A stretch of 33,347 nt of DNA from Chrysochromulina tobinii (Eukaryota): assembly GCA_001275005.1 (NCBI GenBank), contig JWZX01002376.1, positions 1 to 33,347 of the forward strand, given 5' to 3'. Positions 1-10,134 of the stretch are shown here, one piece after another; the first letter of the stretch is position 1; every line of letters begins with the position of its first letter. Under the pieces are notes generated by a model. That model was not told where the DNA came from. It did no database searches and saw only the letters and a list, made by a program, of their open reading frames with translations. A program made the position numbers and the translations under genes.

Positions 1-277
1 TGCTCCAGAGCAGAGCGAAATTTTCTTTCGCTGTGCGAACGCGTTGGGATGGTGTGTTACGTTGGGTTGGTGTGTGGGACCTTCCTAGATGCCCGAAGCA
101 GCGCATTACGGGTGCTTCCCAATGGCCACAGCGCCGGTGCAGCTACAATTGTACTCTGGTTGTGTTCCGATGGCGACCTCTCAGGGCCGGCGCGCACTGT
201 TATCCGCTGCACCTCTCCGCCGGCAGCTCCACGCGAAGGTGGGAATCCGTTGACGTTCACCGGCATGCATGCGCGTC

Positions 278-1273
278 TCACGTGCGCATCATGCGCATCG
301 TGAATGCGAGCAGATTGCACAGCTGCATGTACTCGTCGGCACCGTCGATGAGCTGCTTGTCCACCTCAGCCAGCTGCACGGCGATCTTGGCCTTGGCAGC
401 CGAGCTCATGGCTCTCGCGATCGGCCCCTCCCCCACGAGGTAATCGAGCATCTGCGCGGCGACCTGTGCGGCCGGGTAGCCGTCGGCGAGCGTGTCAGAT
501 ACGAGCTGCTGCATCGCATCAAAATTCTGCCCCTTGCACGTCTCAAAGACCTTGACGATCTTGTCGTCGGGGAGGGCGCCCGAGATGTCGAGCACTGCCT
601 GCGGCTCGATGCGCCCGCCATGCAGCTGGTGCAGCGACTGAAGCATCTGGATGGCGCGGCGCATGTCGCCCTCTGAGAGGCGCATCAGCTCGACGAGACC
701 CTCGGGCGCGATCTCGACGCCTTCCTGATCGGAAATGAACCGCAACCGCTCGATCATGGCCTCTGCAGGAAGCGCCTTGAATCGGAACTTGGCGCAGCGC
801 GAGGCTATTGGCGGGATCAGCCGCGAGATGTAGTTGCAGATGATGCAGAAGCGCGTCACCTTCGAGTACGTCTCCATCGTCCGGCGCAGCGCCGATTGCG
901 CGTCCGTCGTCATAGAGTCCGCCTCATCAAGCACGATGAGCTTGTACGGCGGGGGCGCGTCCACGCCCGAACGATCCGTTTGCGACGAGACCGCCACCTG
1001 CGCGAACGACTTGATCTTGTTACGCACGACCGCAATACCGCGCTCGTCCGACGCGTTGAGCTCCATCACACGAGAGCGGTAATCCTTGCCAAAGAGCTCC
1101 CGTGCAGCCGCAAGGATGGTGGACGTCTTGCCGGTACCTGGAGGCCCATAGAAGATGAGGTGTGGCAGATTCTTCTCCTCAATCGCTTTTCGCAGCGAAC
1201 CGATCACGTCGCCCTGGTGAGACACCTCGTCGACGCTCTTCGGGCGGTACTTCTCTACCCAAGGCAGAGCCAT
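278..1273 (-). CDS. RFC4: Replication factor C small subunit (human RFC4 / yeast Rfc2 type), AAA+ clamp loader
   Basis: Intronless 331 aa ORF with PWVEKYRP, Walker A GPPGTGKTS, ELNASDERG, Walker B LDEADSMT, SRC motif (ASRCAKFRFK), GDMRRAI and C-terminal GADEYMQL. Confidence 0.93.
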   Translation of the reverse strand: MALPWVEKYRPKSVDEVSHQGDVIGSLRKAIEEKNLPHLIFYGPPGTGKTSTILAAARELFGKDYRSRVMELNASDERGIAVVRNKIKSFAQVAVSSQTDRSGVDAPPPYKLIVLDEADSMTTDAQSALRRTMETYSKVTRFCIICNYISRLIPPIASRCAKFRFKALPAEAMIERLRFISDQEGVEIAPEGLVELMRLSEGDMRRAIQMLQSLHQLHGGRIEPQAVLDISGALPDDKIVKVFETCKGQNFDAMQQLVSDTLADGYPAAQVAAQMLDYLVGEGPIARAMSSAAKAKIAVQLAEVDKQLIDGADEYMQLCNLLAFTMRMMRT

Positions 1274-1384
1274 TGTGAAGCGTCGACGGCGCCCTCAGCG
1301 CGAAATTCGCGCCCACAGGCCGCGACCCTGAAGGTGTGAAGCCATTTAACGGAAGCTGTGAACTCACTCGTTTTCAAACAAGAA

Positions 1385-2968
1385 TCACGACTTGTAATCG
1401 ATGCCCATCCGAATGTACTTGGGCTCACAAAACTCCAGGGTGCCATGGTGCGAGCCCTCGCGGCCGAGCCCGCTCTCCTTGACGCCGCCAAAGGGCGCCA
1501 CCTCCGACGAGATGATGCCCTCGTTGACGCCGATGATGCCGAATTCGAGCGCCTCCGACACACGCCACGCGCGCGCGAGGTCCTTTGTGAACAGGTAGCC
1601 CGCGAGCCCGTAGGGCGTGTCGTTGGCGAGCTGGATGACCTCCTTCTCGGACGAGAACTTGAAGAGGCCCGCCACCGGCCCAAAGGTCTCCTCGGAAAAG
1701 AGCGCCATATTGGGCGTCATGTCCGCGAGCACCGTGGGCGCGTAGAAGCCCGGACCGAGCTCGGGTAGCCGCGTGCCGCCCGTCAGGACGCGAGCGTCCT
1801 TGCTCACTGCGTCGCTCACGTGCCGGTGTACCTTGTCGACAGCGCGCGCGTTGACAAGCGGCCCGATGACGACACCGTTCGCGGTGCCGAACCCTATGGT
1901 CATGGCACTCACCGCGGCGGTCAGCTTCGAGGCGAAGGTCTCGTACACGGCCTCGTGCACGAAGATACGGTTGGCGCACACGCATGTCTGGCCCGCGTTG
2001 CGAAACTTGGCGGCCATCGCGCCTTTGACTGCCACATCGAGGTCTGCGTCGTCAAAGACGATGAGCGGAGCGTTCCCGCCAAGTTCGAGGGCCACCTTTT
2101 TGACCGTCGACGCCGCCTTGCTCGCGAGCAGCTTGCCCACTGCCGTCGAGCCGGTGAAGGCGACTTTGCGCACGGCCGGGTGCGTGCACATCTCGTCGCC
2201 GATGAGCGGCGTGCTTTGTGCCGAGCCCACCACGACCGAGAGGATGCCTTGGGGCATGCCTGCGCGGTTGGCGAGTTCGACGAGAGCGAGGCACGAGTAC
2301 GGAGTGAGCTCCGACGGCTTGATGACGACGGGGCAGCCAACGGCGAGCGCCGGGCTGACTTTGCGCGTGACCATCGCGCTCGGGAAATTCCACGGCGTCA
2401 CCGCCGCCACCGGCCCGATCGGCTGCTGGATCACCACGATGTGGTTCTTCGCGCGGTCGGGCGGAATCCACTCGCCGTACGAGCGCTTCGCCTCCTCGGC
2501 GAACCACTCGACAAAGGCGGAGCCGTAGCGGATTTCACCAAGCGACTCGGCGAGCGGCTTGCCGCACTCGGCCGTCATGATGCGCGCCAGGTCCATCTCG
2601 TGCTTCACGATGAGCTCGTACCACCTGCGCAAGACCTTTCCACGCTCCTTGCCCGTGAGGGCCGCCCAGTCGTGCCACGCCGCCGCGGCGGACTCTATAG
2701 CGCGCCGCGTTTCGGCGCGGCCCATCTCCGGCACTGTGCCGATCACCTGCAACGTGGCCTTGTCGAGGACCTCGAGTGTCGCGCCACTGTCTGCGTCAAC
2801 CCACTTACCATCGATGAAGCCCTGCATGCGCAGGAGCAGCGGATCGTCGACCTTGAGCGCCGCTACGTGCGCCTCAGCCGAGATTATGGCAATGGAGGCA
2901 TGGCGTCGACTGATGCCATTTAGCGCCTTCTGGGTGATGATGCGGTTGGCGTGTCGCAGTGCCATCAT
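1385..2968 (-). CDS. ALDH5A1: Succinate-semialdehyde dehydrogenase (ALDH5/GabD family), probably mitochondrial
   Basis: TPWNFPSAMVTRK, FTGSTAVGK, LELGGNAP, catalytic KFRNAGQTCVCANR, EETFGP, PFGGVKESGLGREGS. Start placed at ATG 2968 (MMALRHANRIITQKALNGISRRHAS, an Arg-rich transit-peptide-like leader) rather than the ORF-track start at 3142. Confidence 0.92.
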   Translation of the reverse strand: MMALRHANRIITQKALNGISRRHASIAIISAEAHVAALKVDDPLLLRMQGFIDGKWVDADSGATLEVLDKATLQVIGTVPEMGRAETRRAIESAAAAWHDWAALTGKERGKVLRRWYELIVKHEMDLARIMTAECGKPLAESLGEIRYGSAFVEWFAEEAKRSYGEWIPPDRAKNHIVVIQQPIGPVAAVTPWNFPSAMVTRKVSPALAVGCPVVIKPSELTPYSCLALVELANRAGMPQGILSVVVGSAQSTPLIGDEMCTHPAVRKVAFTGSTAVGKLLASKAASTVKKVALELGGNAPLIVFDDADLDVAVKGAMAAKFRNAGQTCVCANRIFVHEAVYETFASKLTAAVSAMTIGFGTANGVVIGPLVNARAVDKVHRHVSDAVSKDARVLTGGTRLPELGPGFYAPTVLADMTPNMALFSEETFGPVAGLFKFSSEKEVIQLANDTPYGLAGYLFTKDLARAWRVSEALEFGIIGVNEGIISSEVAPFGGVKESGLGREGSHHGTLEFCEPKYIRMGIDYKS

Positions 2969-3182
2969 GTTCTCGTCGAGCGTCGTGAAGGACGGCCCGT
3001 CCGCGCACAGAACCTCATGTAGAAAACTGCTCGTTTTGAGTTTTTTCATATTGACGAGCACCGTCTCTTTCAACGACCCACGACTCAGTACGGCCGATTG
3101 CACAGCGTGTGGTCGCGAAGCAATCCCCCCGAAGAGAAGCATTCACAGCGCGTGCGTCACAAACTAGTGTGAAGAAACTCTC

Positions 3183-4899
3183 ATGTTGTCCAGCCTTCCG
3201 CGTCCGAGCTTCATGCGCGGCGCGGGTGGGCTCCCGAGTGGGTGGAAGGAGGCCACCGCTGCGGATGGCAGGACCTACTACTTCCACGCTGCGAGTGGGG
3301 AGACGAGCTGGGAGCGTCCGGTGGTGGCCGGAAGCGAAGATTCGGGCAAGTCCACGGCGGCGCTCGCCGTGAAGGTGAAGCCAGTGATCCCAAGCGTGCC
3401 CACAACTGCGGGCATCGGGAAGCTGCCCAACGGATGGAGAATGGTATCTTCACCAGAGGGCACGCCGTACTACTTCAACAAGAAAACCGGGGAGACCTCG
3501 TGGGAACGACCCGCCGGCTATGAGGAGGATGACAGCGCCGACACGTTGGGGCTCGAGAAGGCGACGCTTTCGGTCAAGGATGGCTGGCGGCGTACCAAGC
3601 AGGTGGCGGCGGCCACTGTTGGGCTCGGACGGCCAACGGGGAGCTCGGACGACGCGTGGCTCGACGGGCAGTACGAGCAGGTGCTTCAAGTGGAGCGCCA
3701 GATGCTGGGGCTCAAGCAGATGTGCGAGGCGTACGCCAAGTCGCTCGTCGACATGTTGCGCAGTAGCGAGCAGCTGGCGGCCAAGTTCGGCGAGTATCTG
3801 GTAGAGCCGGGTGCGGTGGGCACCGAGCCGGCGAGGCAGTCCGCCGCCGTCTGGAAGGAGGTCAACAAGAGCGGGCAGCGCTCACTCGAGGTGCAGTTCA
3901 CGAGCAAGGTGCTGCAGCCGCTCGCGGGCTACCTCGGGGAGATCGAGGGCATCAAGAAGCTGCATGCCGAGCACCTCAAGAAGAAGCTCGACTTTGAGTA
4001 CTACCGCCGCAAGGTGGATGAGCTCACTTTTCGTCCACCCAAGGATGCGGCCAAGCTCCCGCGCAACGCCGAGAAGCTGCGCGAGCGCGAGGCGGACCAC
4101 TGGAACTGCAAAAACGAGCTGATCGCGCGGCTGGCCGCACTGATCGCTGAGAAGTGGGACTTTGCCAACGCCCCTCTGCTGCACCTGCTCGAGTTCCAGC
4201 AAAGGTTCCACGCACAGATGAGCGAGGGCATGCGATCCTTGAGCGCCTTCACGCACGAGGGTACGCTGCTCGACGCCGAGGCGCGCCAGATGTCACGCCA
4301 GACGCTCCGTACTGAGGCGCTCGCCTCGCCTGTCGAAGCCAAACCTCTCGCTTCGTATCTGCCCCACGCGCCCGCCGCCTACTACGGAGCGCCACCTCCA
4401 GCTCCGCAGCCCTCATACTCTGAGCCGCCGCCGCCGCCGCCGTACGCCGCGCCGCCGCCTCAGCCGTCGTGCGCAGCGGCGCCGCCTCCGCAGCCGTCGT
4501 ACGCCGCGCCGCCGCCTCAGCCGCCGTGCGCAGCGGCGGCGCCGCCTCCGCAGCCGTCGTACGCCGCGCGGCCTCCCGCCCCACCACCGCTGCGAGCACC
4601 GCCGCACGGCGAGCAGGTGCGGGCCATCGGCGATTATATCTCGAATGACCCGCGCATGATCTCGTTCAGCGCCGGAGAGCTCATGTTGAAGGAAAAGGAG
4701 GAGGCCGGCTGGTTCTTTGGTTCGGTGCGTATCTGGCGTATCGGCGCGATCCCTCGACCTCAGGTCCACGTACCGGCCCTCTCCTCGCTGCCTGCTGCTC
4801 ATCTGCGTGTGTGCTCCGAAATGCTCGCAGAACTCGCGAGGTGAGACGGGCTACTTCCCTCCTAACTATGTCGAGCCAGTGCCGTATTTTGCAGATTGA
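3183..4899 (+). CDS. WW-WW-BAR-Pro-rich-SH3 protein (amphiphysin/endophilin-like); exons 3183-4724 and 4831-4899
   Basis: Two WW domains (LPSGWKEA...YYFH...TSWERP; LPNGWRM...YYFNKKTGETSWERP) and a helical BAR-like region (KKKLDFEYYRRKV). The SH3 domain is completed only after removing a phase-0 GT-AG intron 4725-4830 (AGWFFGS|NSRGETGYFPPNYVE). Start could also be ATG 3213. Confidence 0.8.
4401..4580 (+). repeat. Coding minisatellite (~27-33 nt unit) encoding PQPSY/CAAPPP repeats
   Basis: Recurrent cagccgtcgtacgccgcgccgccgcct-like units in the Pro-rich linker before the SH3 domain. Confidence 0.8.
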
Positions 4900-5374
4900 A
4901 GGACGCTCCTCAGCTCGCTCCACGTAGAGAACGGCTAGGAAGCGTGTCGGGAGAACCGAACGCTGCACCGGGGGATTCCCGGGCACCGCGTAATGTGTGA
5001 ATATCCGGTACGGGCCAGACTCAAAGACCAGCGCCGGAGCTGTGAACTCGTGTGAAAACGCTTCTACCTTCTTAATGTACATCAACCGCAACGAATCATC
5101 GAATTTAGACTGAAAACTGAGTATAGTCGATGCGCATGCCCGCATCCGCGTCATTGGCGTTCGGTTAGCGGTGCGAAGCAAGCGGTGGCACGTCGCGGCG
5201 CTGGGCGGTCGCGTTCAAAGGCTTCCCTTCAGCGGTCTATAACCTTCCAACCGGGGCGGTCCCTGACCCGGTGCGTGGCGTAAGGCGTATGTGTGTTTCG
5301 AGTTTCGAACTACAACTTTTCGGAATCGGAAGCCATGGGAGGACCGTAACGCGCGAGGCGGCGGCGCCGCGCCG

Positions 5375-6016
5375 ATGGATCCCGCCGCCGTGTTCGGGAG
5401 TCGCCGCCTAAAAGGTAAGATGCTGGCCGTCTTGCAAGCGGCGCGCTCAGAGCACGGCGAGGGCGAAGTCAGCGGGCCGGTGATGAAGGCAAGCGAGCTC
5501 CGCACTGCCCTCGCAGAGTCTCTTGGAGAGGAGGTACCGTCGAAGGAGCTGTTTCCATTGATGCAGATGGCAGATCCTGATAGCGAAGGCGTGATCACGC
5601 TGCCTCGTTTCCTCGAGGTTGTCGAAATGCGACGGATACATGCCGAGACTGAGCGAAGGCAGCGGCAGCTCCTGGCTGCGTACATGGCATTAGGTGGTAA
5701 CACTGACAAGGACGCGTCTGTGAAGAGCGACACACTGATGCAGATTGTCAGCGACTTTGTGGGCGCAGGAGCGTCCAAGGAGGCGATGCAGGCCGTTGTG
5801 AAGCATAAGATGAAATCCGTGCAGGAGATCATCGCCATGGGAGGCGCGCTCGACTCGGATGAGGAAGAGGAGATTCGAGATACTTCGAAGCTCGAATTTG
5901 AGCAACTCGAGGTGTTTGGAAGAGCATTGAAAGAGTGGGGATCGAGCAGAAGAGAGACCGGCACTGCTGAAGATGGCATTGACGAGGACGGCGTGAGTGC
6001 TGCCATCTTGAGATGA
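5375..6016 (+). CDS. EF-hand protein resembling flagellar outer-arm dynein light chain LC4 (calmodulin-like)
   Basis: ELRTALAESLGEEVPSKELFPLMQMADPDSEGVITLPRFLEVV (EF-hand pair) followed by AYMALGGNTDKDASV, resembling the AFVALGGN-D motif of LC4-type light chains. First ATG in frame is 5375. Confidence 0.6.
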   Translation: MDPAAVFGSRRLKGKMLAVLQAARSEHGEGEVSGPVMKASELRTALAESLGEEVPSKELFPLMQMADPDSEGVITLPRFLEVVEMRRIHAETERRQRQLLAAYMALGGNTDKDASVKSDTLMQIVSDFVGAGASKEAMQAVVKHKMKSVQEIIAMGGALDSDEEEEIRDTSKLEFEQLEVFGRALKEWGSSRRETGTAEDGIDEDGVSAAILR

Positions 6017-6675
6017 GCTATATGAACGCTCTACTGAGTCGATCGCAGGTCGATCGTCGTGGCGGGTGGCGCTCAGATGCAGGTTTAACTGTGCCAGCCT
6101 TATGTCGATGGGCACAGTGATATGTTAATCGTGTCATTGGTATGATGATCAGCGAAGTTATGCACTCAATATGTGAGAAGCTGTGAACTGGTGTCTTGGG
6201 TCTTCTCAGTACTCAGTAACTCATCCGTGGGTGTTCGAGATTATAACCGTTTTTAAGATATTAACGCCCGTTGGCCGTTCCGTTCGTATCGACCCACAAC
6301 GGTCGAACTTCGTCGAACCTCATGGTCGAACCTGCACACAAAACCATCGTCGCGTGCGGCGTGACTCACTTCGGAAGAGGAAGATCTATGACCCAGCCCC
6401 CCTGTATGAGTGTTGTTTGTGTGTCCGCCACGGTGCACACGCCAGCCAGGTGCGAGGTGGTCGCACGGGTCCAGAAATACGGGTTTGACCGGGTTATGGT
6501 GACTCTGATCCGTGTCTGTGAGCGCGGTATGCGTTGCACGTCGCGAGCATGTCGCGAGCATGAGAATGAAGCGAGCTGAGCGGCACCGAGCGTACGTGAA
6601 CGCGGTGTGAATATGAATGTACAAGGTCTCGTGCGTGCACGGCAGATTTTTTGCCTCGCCTTCAGCAACGCGAAC

Positions 6676-7839
6676 ATGTCCTGCCACCTAGTCGTGCGCG
6701 CATCGCACCCGCTGCAAGTACACAAGCGCAAGCAGCCCTACGACGGCCCTGGCTATGGCACGTTCGGGAAGACAAAGCTCGCGCGGCTGCCGCTCATTCC
6801 AGAGGTCTTGCACGACATTGACCATTGCATTAGCCGCTTCGAGGCTAGTGCGCTGCGCAGCTTCGCAGCATTCCGAGCAGTGGCGCTCGAACTGCGGATC
6901 GTCGATCTGTTTGACACTGATCGAAAAGGCGGCCGTGCGACCAAGCGATTGGAGACGCCCGCCGAGTACGCCACGCTGCTGTTCGAAGCGACGGTGCGCC
7001 GTATCGCGGACCCGGAGCGATCCTTTGAGGCAAGGCTTGGTGCGTTGTATCTGCTGCTCACGCTGCACGAGTTGCAGCAAAGCTCACCGAAGGTGCCCGT
7101 TCCCATCCTCGCGACTCAGTGGAATGGCTTCGAGCGACTGAGTCGCGAGCTGCGTTCGCTGCGCCACGCTGACGGGTTTCGCGCGCTGCACACGTTGTGG
7201 GCCGGCGAGAGGCTCTCGCACCTCTTTGGCGGCGAGTCCACGCTGATGACCATACGTGACCAGCTCAACGATCGTGAGGTCGAGCGCGACGCTGCCGTAC
7301 TGCCTGCCAGCGGCGGCGCCAGTGCAGAGCCTGGCGGGGGACTGTTTGCCACGCAGCTTATCGACGCCCTGCCTACCCTGACCGCCGACGAGGCATCATA
7401 CAGCGCTGCTCTCGCGCAAGCACGGTCGGCTCTCGCCGCTACCGATGCGCCGGCGGCATCGTCTTCTCTATTGCGCAGCCGCCTGCCGAGCACTGCCGGC
7501 GATCTCGCGGCGCAGATTCGGCAGGAGCTTGACGATCACCGTGAGGGTGTCGTCGTTCCAACAGGCGTGGACGACGACGACGCGGTGATTCCCGCCTCGG
7601 CGAGCGCCCACAATGCAGCCGTGCCCAACCTCGTGCCCACGCTTGACGAAGAGGGGCTGGTCGTGGATGCGTCGTACCTGCGGCGCGAGCATGTGCGCCG
7701 CCGTGCCTACAAGCCCAGGGCCAAGCGTACCCGGGAGCGGGACGGCACACACTCTGGCACCCACTCTGGCAGCTTGCGGCCGGGCTTGTCGTCGTTGGCC
7801 GGGCGACCGAGGACGGCAGACCGCGCCGATCGTAGATAG
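6676..7839 (+). CDS. SNAPC1: snRNA-activating protein complex subunit 1-like (SNAP43 domain)
   Basis: SFAAFRAV...LF, FEARLGALYLLLTLHELQ..PKVPVPI...W and HADGFRALHTLW parallel the SNAP43 pattern (RVGALYLLYGLYNTQ..P..KIRV...W; H.D...IF..L). Start uncertain (6613 or 6676). Confidence 0.65.
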   Translation: MSCHLVVRASHPLQVHKRKQPYDGPGYGTFGKTKLARLPLIPEVLHDIDHCISRFEASALRSFAAFRAVALELRIVDLFDTDRKGGRATKRLETPAEYATLLFEATVRRIADPERSFEARLGALYLLLTLHELQQSSPKVPVPILATQWNGFERLSRELRSLRHADGFRALHTLWAGERLSHLFGGESTLMTIRDQLNDREVERDAAVLPASGGASAEPGGGLFATQLIDALPTLTADEASYSAALAQARSALAATDAPAASSSLLRSRLPSTAGDLAAQIRQELDDHREGVVVPTGVDDDDAVIPASASAHNAAVPNLVPTLDEEGLVVDASYLRREHVRRRAYKPRAKRTRERDGTHSGTHSGSLRPGLSSLAGRPRTADRADRR

Positions 7840-8350
7840 ATCGAGACCGGGAGGAGTCGCACGGCTTGACTTTATCCACAGTACACAGTTCAAAGACTAC
7901 ACAGTACACAGTTCCACACCGCTCACCGGCCAAGACAGTCAAGCGGCAAGCCCTCGAGGCAAGCCCGTGGTGGCCCCAGCCCAAGCGCCACAGCCACCGC
8001 GGGCCACCCACCCGCGACGCTCACGCTGCAAGCACACGCGCGCGCCGCCTTCTGCTCTGATGTGCCAGGACTCCCTCCCCGCATAGTTGATTGAATGCAG
8101 TCGCAGAGTTCATTTGCATGCATTTGTGCACGTTCGTCGAGACTCTTCCCTCGCATGGCCTCATCGCTAGGCGCGACACGATTCGGCACTCCGACCACCC
8201 TTGCCTCGTTGATTGGATGGGCGGTCGCACGCTCGCTGCTGCACGGTAGGACGAGCGCCACCATCCACGCCCGTCTCGCGAGCGCCGTCTCCGGCCCTTG
8301 AGCCTTTGACGGCTCGGCTCGTGGCATCGTCCCATTGGGTGCGGCCTCTC

Positions 8351-8460
8351 CGGGAAGCAGCGCCCACGGCGGCGCTCAACGGGAAGCAGTGCCCACGGCG
8401 GCGCTCATCGGAAGGAGCGCCCACGGCGGCGCTCACCGGGAAGCAGCGCCCACGGCGGCG
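8351..8460. repeat. ~29 bp tandem repeat, about 4 copies, overlapping the POC1 stop codon
   Basis: Units cgggaagcagcgcccacggcggcgctca(a/t/c) start at 8351, 8380, 8409 and 8437. Confidence 0.9.
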
Positions 8461-8691
8461 AGGACGCTGCGCTGGCCGTGGGCGAGATCCTGCAGCAGGC
8501 CCTCGAGCCGGTGCGTGCGCTCCTCACCGACGGAGAGGCGCTGCTCAAGCAGCGCGACCGTCTGCGCCAGGATGTCAAGCTGGCCTACCACCTGCTCGAG
8601 CGCCGCCGCGAGCGGCGCGCTGCCGACGTTCGATGGCGCGGCCGCGGCCGCCTTCAAGCCCGATGTGGCCGTAGGCGGTGGGCGGGGCATG

Positions 8692-8723
<32 letters not shown>

Positions 8724-9853
8724 TGCAGGCGGCGGCAGCTTCGCCGGCGCCGGTAGCCGCGCCGACGACGGCGGAGTCGGTGTGGCGGTAGCGGCATTGA
8801 GCGGCGAGGGGCCGGACGGGCCGATGTTTGAGCGCCACACCATGGCCTGCATGTCGACACCGCTCGAGGCGAAGAAGTCGCCGTCGGGTGAGAAGGCGCA
8901 CGCGTTGACGCCCCCCTCGTGCCCGTGCAGCGTGCAGAAGAGCCGCCCCTCGACGAGGTCCCAAACTTTGAGCGTCGCGTCGAGCGAAGAGGTAAGCAGG
9001 TAGGAGCCCGAGCTGTGGAAGGAGAGGTCGGTGACACTCTCGTCGTGCGCGTCGTAGTGTTGCAGCAGCTGCTGCGTGCGAAGATCCCACAGCTTCGCCG
9101 TACGGTCGCTCGAGGCCGAAGCGATGCACGTGGCATCCGGATTAAAGGCAGCCGCATTGACGACGTCGGTGTGGTCGTAAAAGGTGCGCACGCACCCGTG
9201 AGTGCGGCTGTCCCAGAGCTTGAGCGTCTTGTCATCGCTGCACGAGAGCAGCAGCCGGCCTGCCGGTGCACACGCGGGGCACAAACACGCATCCGTGCGT
9301 CAAGAGAGGGTCCGCGCCACCGACAAGCAAGGCAGTGGCTCGTGTGCGGCTCGGGCTTTCGCTGCTCTTGCCGCGCACCGTCTGGCGAGAACTTGGCCGA
9401 GCGGACCCAGTTGGAGTGGCCGGCGAGCGAGTAATTGAACCTCTGACCCGGGAGCGCCCAGACTTTGATCGTCTTGTCGTCCGATGCAGACGCCAGGCTC
9501 TGCCCGTCGGCCGAGAAGGCCACGCTCCGCACGGTGGCCATGTGCGCCTTGATCACGGTGGACTCCCCCTTGACGGTCGGAAGCCACAGGCGCACCGTGC
9601 GATCCTTGGAAGCGGAGGCGATGAGGTCTCCGGAGGGGGACGCGGCAACCGACAGCACAGGCGCCTTATGACCCACGAAACGGAAGGCACGCAGCTGAAG
9701 CCGGAAGTTCCACACCATCACGCACGAGTCGTGGCCGCCCGAGATGAGCTGCTTCATGTTCGGGTTGAAGCACACAGAGGAAATGGCATCCTTGTGACCG
9801 CGGAAGCTCCGTTCGAGCGAGGGCGTGTCCGCCGTGAGGTCGGCGCCAGTCAT
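8433..9853 (-). CDS. POC1: POC1 centriolar WD40 protein; exons 9853-9379 and 9259-8433
   Basis: [13 protein letters not shown]...FNPNMKQL...[18 protein letters not shown]-terminus, WD40 repeats, and C-terminal coiled-coil motif [24 protein letters not shown] phase-1 GT-AG intron 9378-9260 joins SPDG to [11 protein letters not shown], giving 433 aa. Confidence 0.93.
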
Positions 9854-10134
9854 CGTTTTTGTCGATCGTCGCCGCGAATGCTCCCGCCAAAGCGCCGAGG
9901 CGGGCATAGGCGCGCTCTCGCAAGTTTCGCAGTTGTGCGTGGGTGCTGAAAATCAGGGCTTGAGGGAGACGGTCCAGAATTGACAAACATTACACTTTGA
10001 CTATCTTCCGATCGCTTGATCATTCCTTCGGCACACACACCGACGTAACCAATCTTCTTGACGTGATACAACGTTTCGCTATTCTAGAACGTACATGTAC
10101 AGTACGAGGGTTGAGGGAGGTGTCGTTGTTCTGT

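Noticed and set aside
1820..2923. Long antisense ORFs over coding genes (also 11536-13059, 19740-22169 and others)
   Set aside because: Shadow ORFs caused by high GC3 codon bias; no domain signal.
2969..3142. 58 aa N-terminal extension of SSADH in the ORF track
   Set aside because: It overlaps the probable divergent promoter shared with the WW gene, and a transit-peptide-like start exists at 2968.
6183..6600. Possible small transposon or ORF in the gap before SNAPC1
   Set aside because: Only short gtcgaac repeats and weak end similarity; no supportable TIR, TSD or coding signal.
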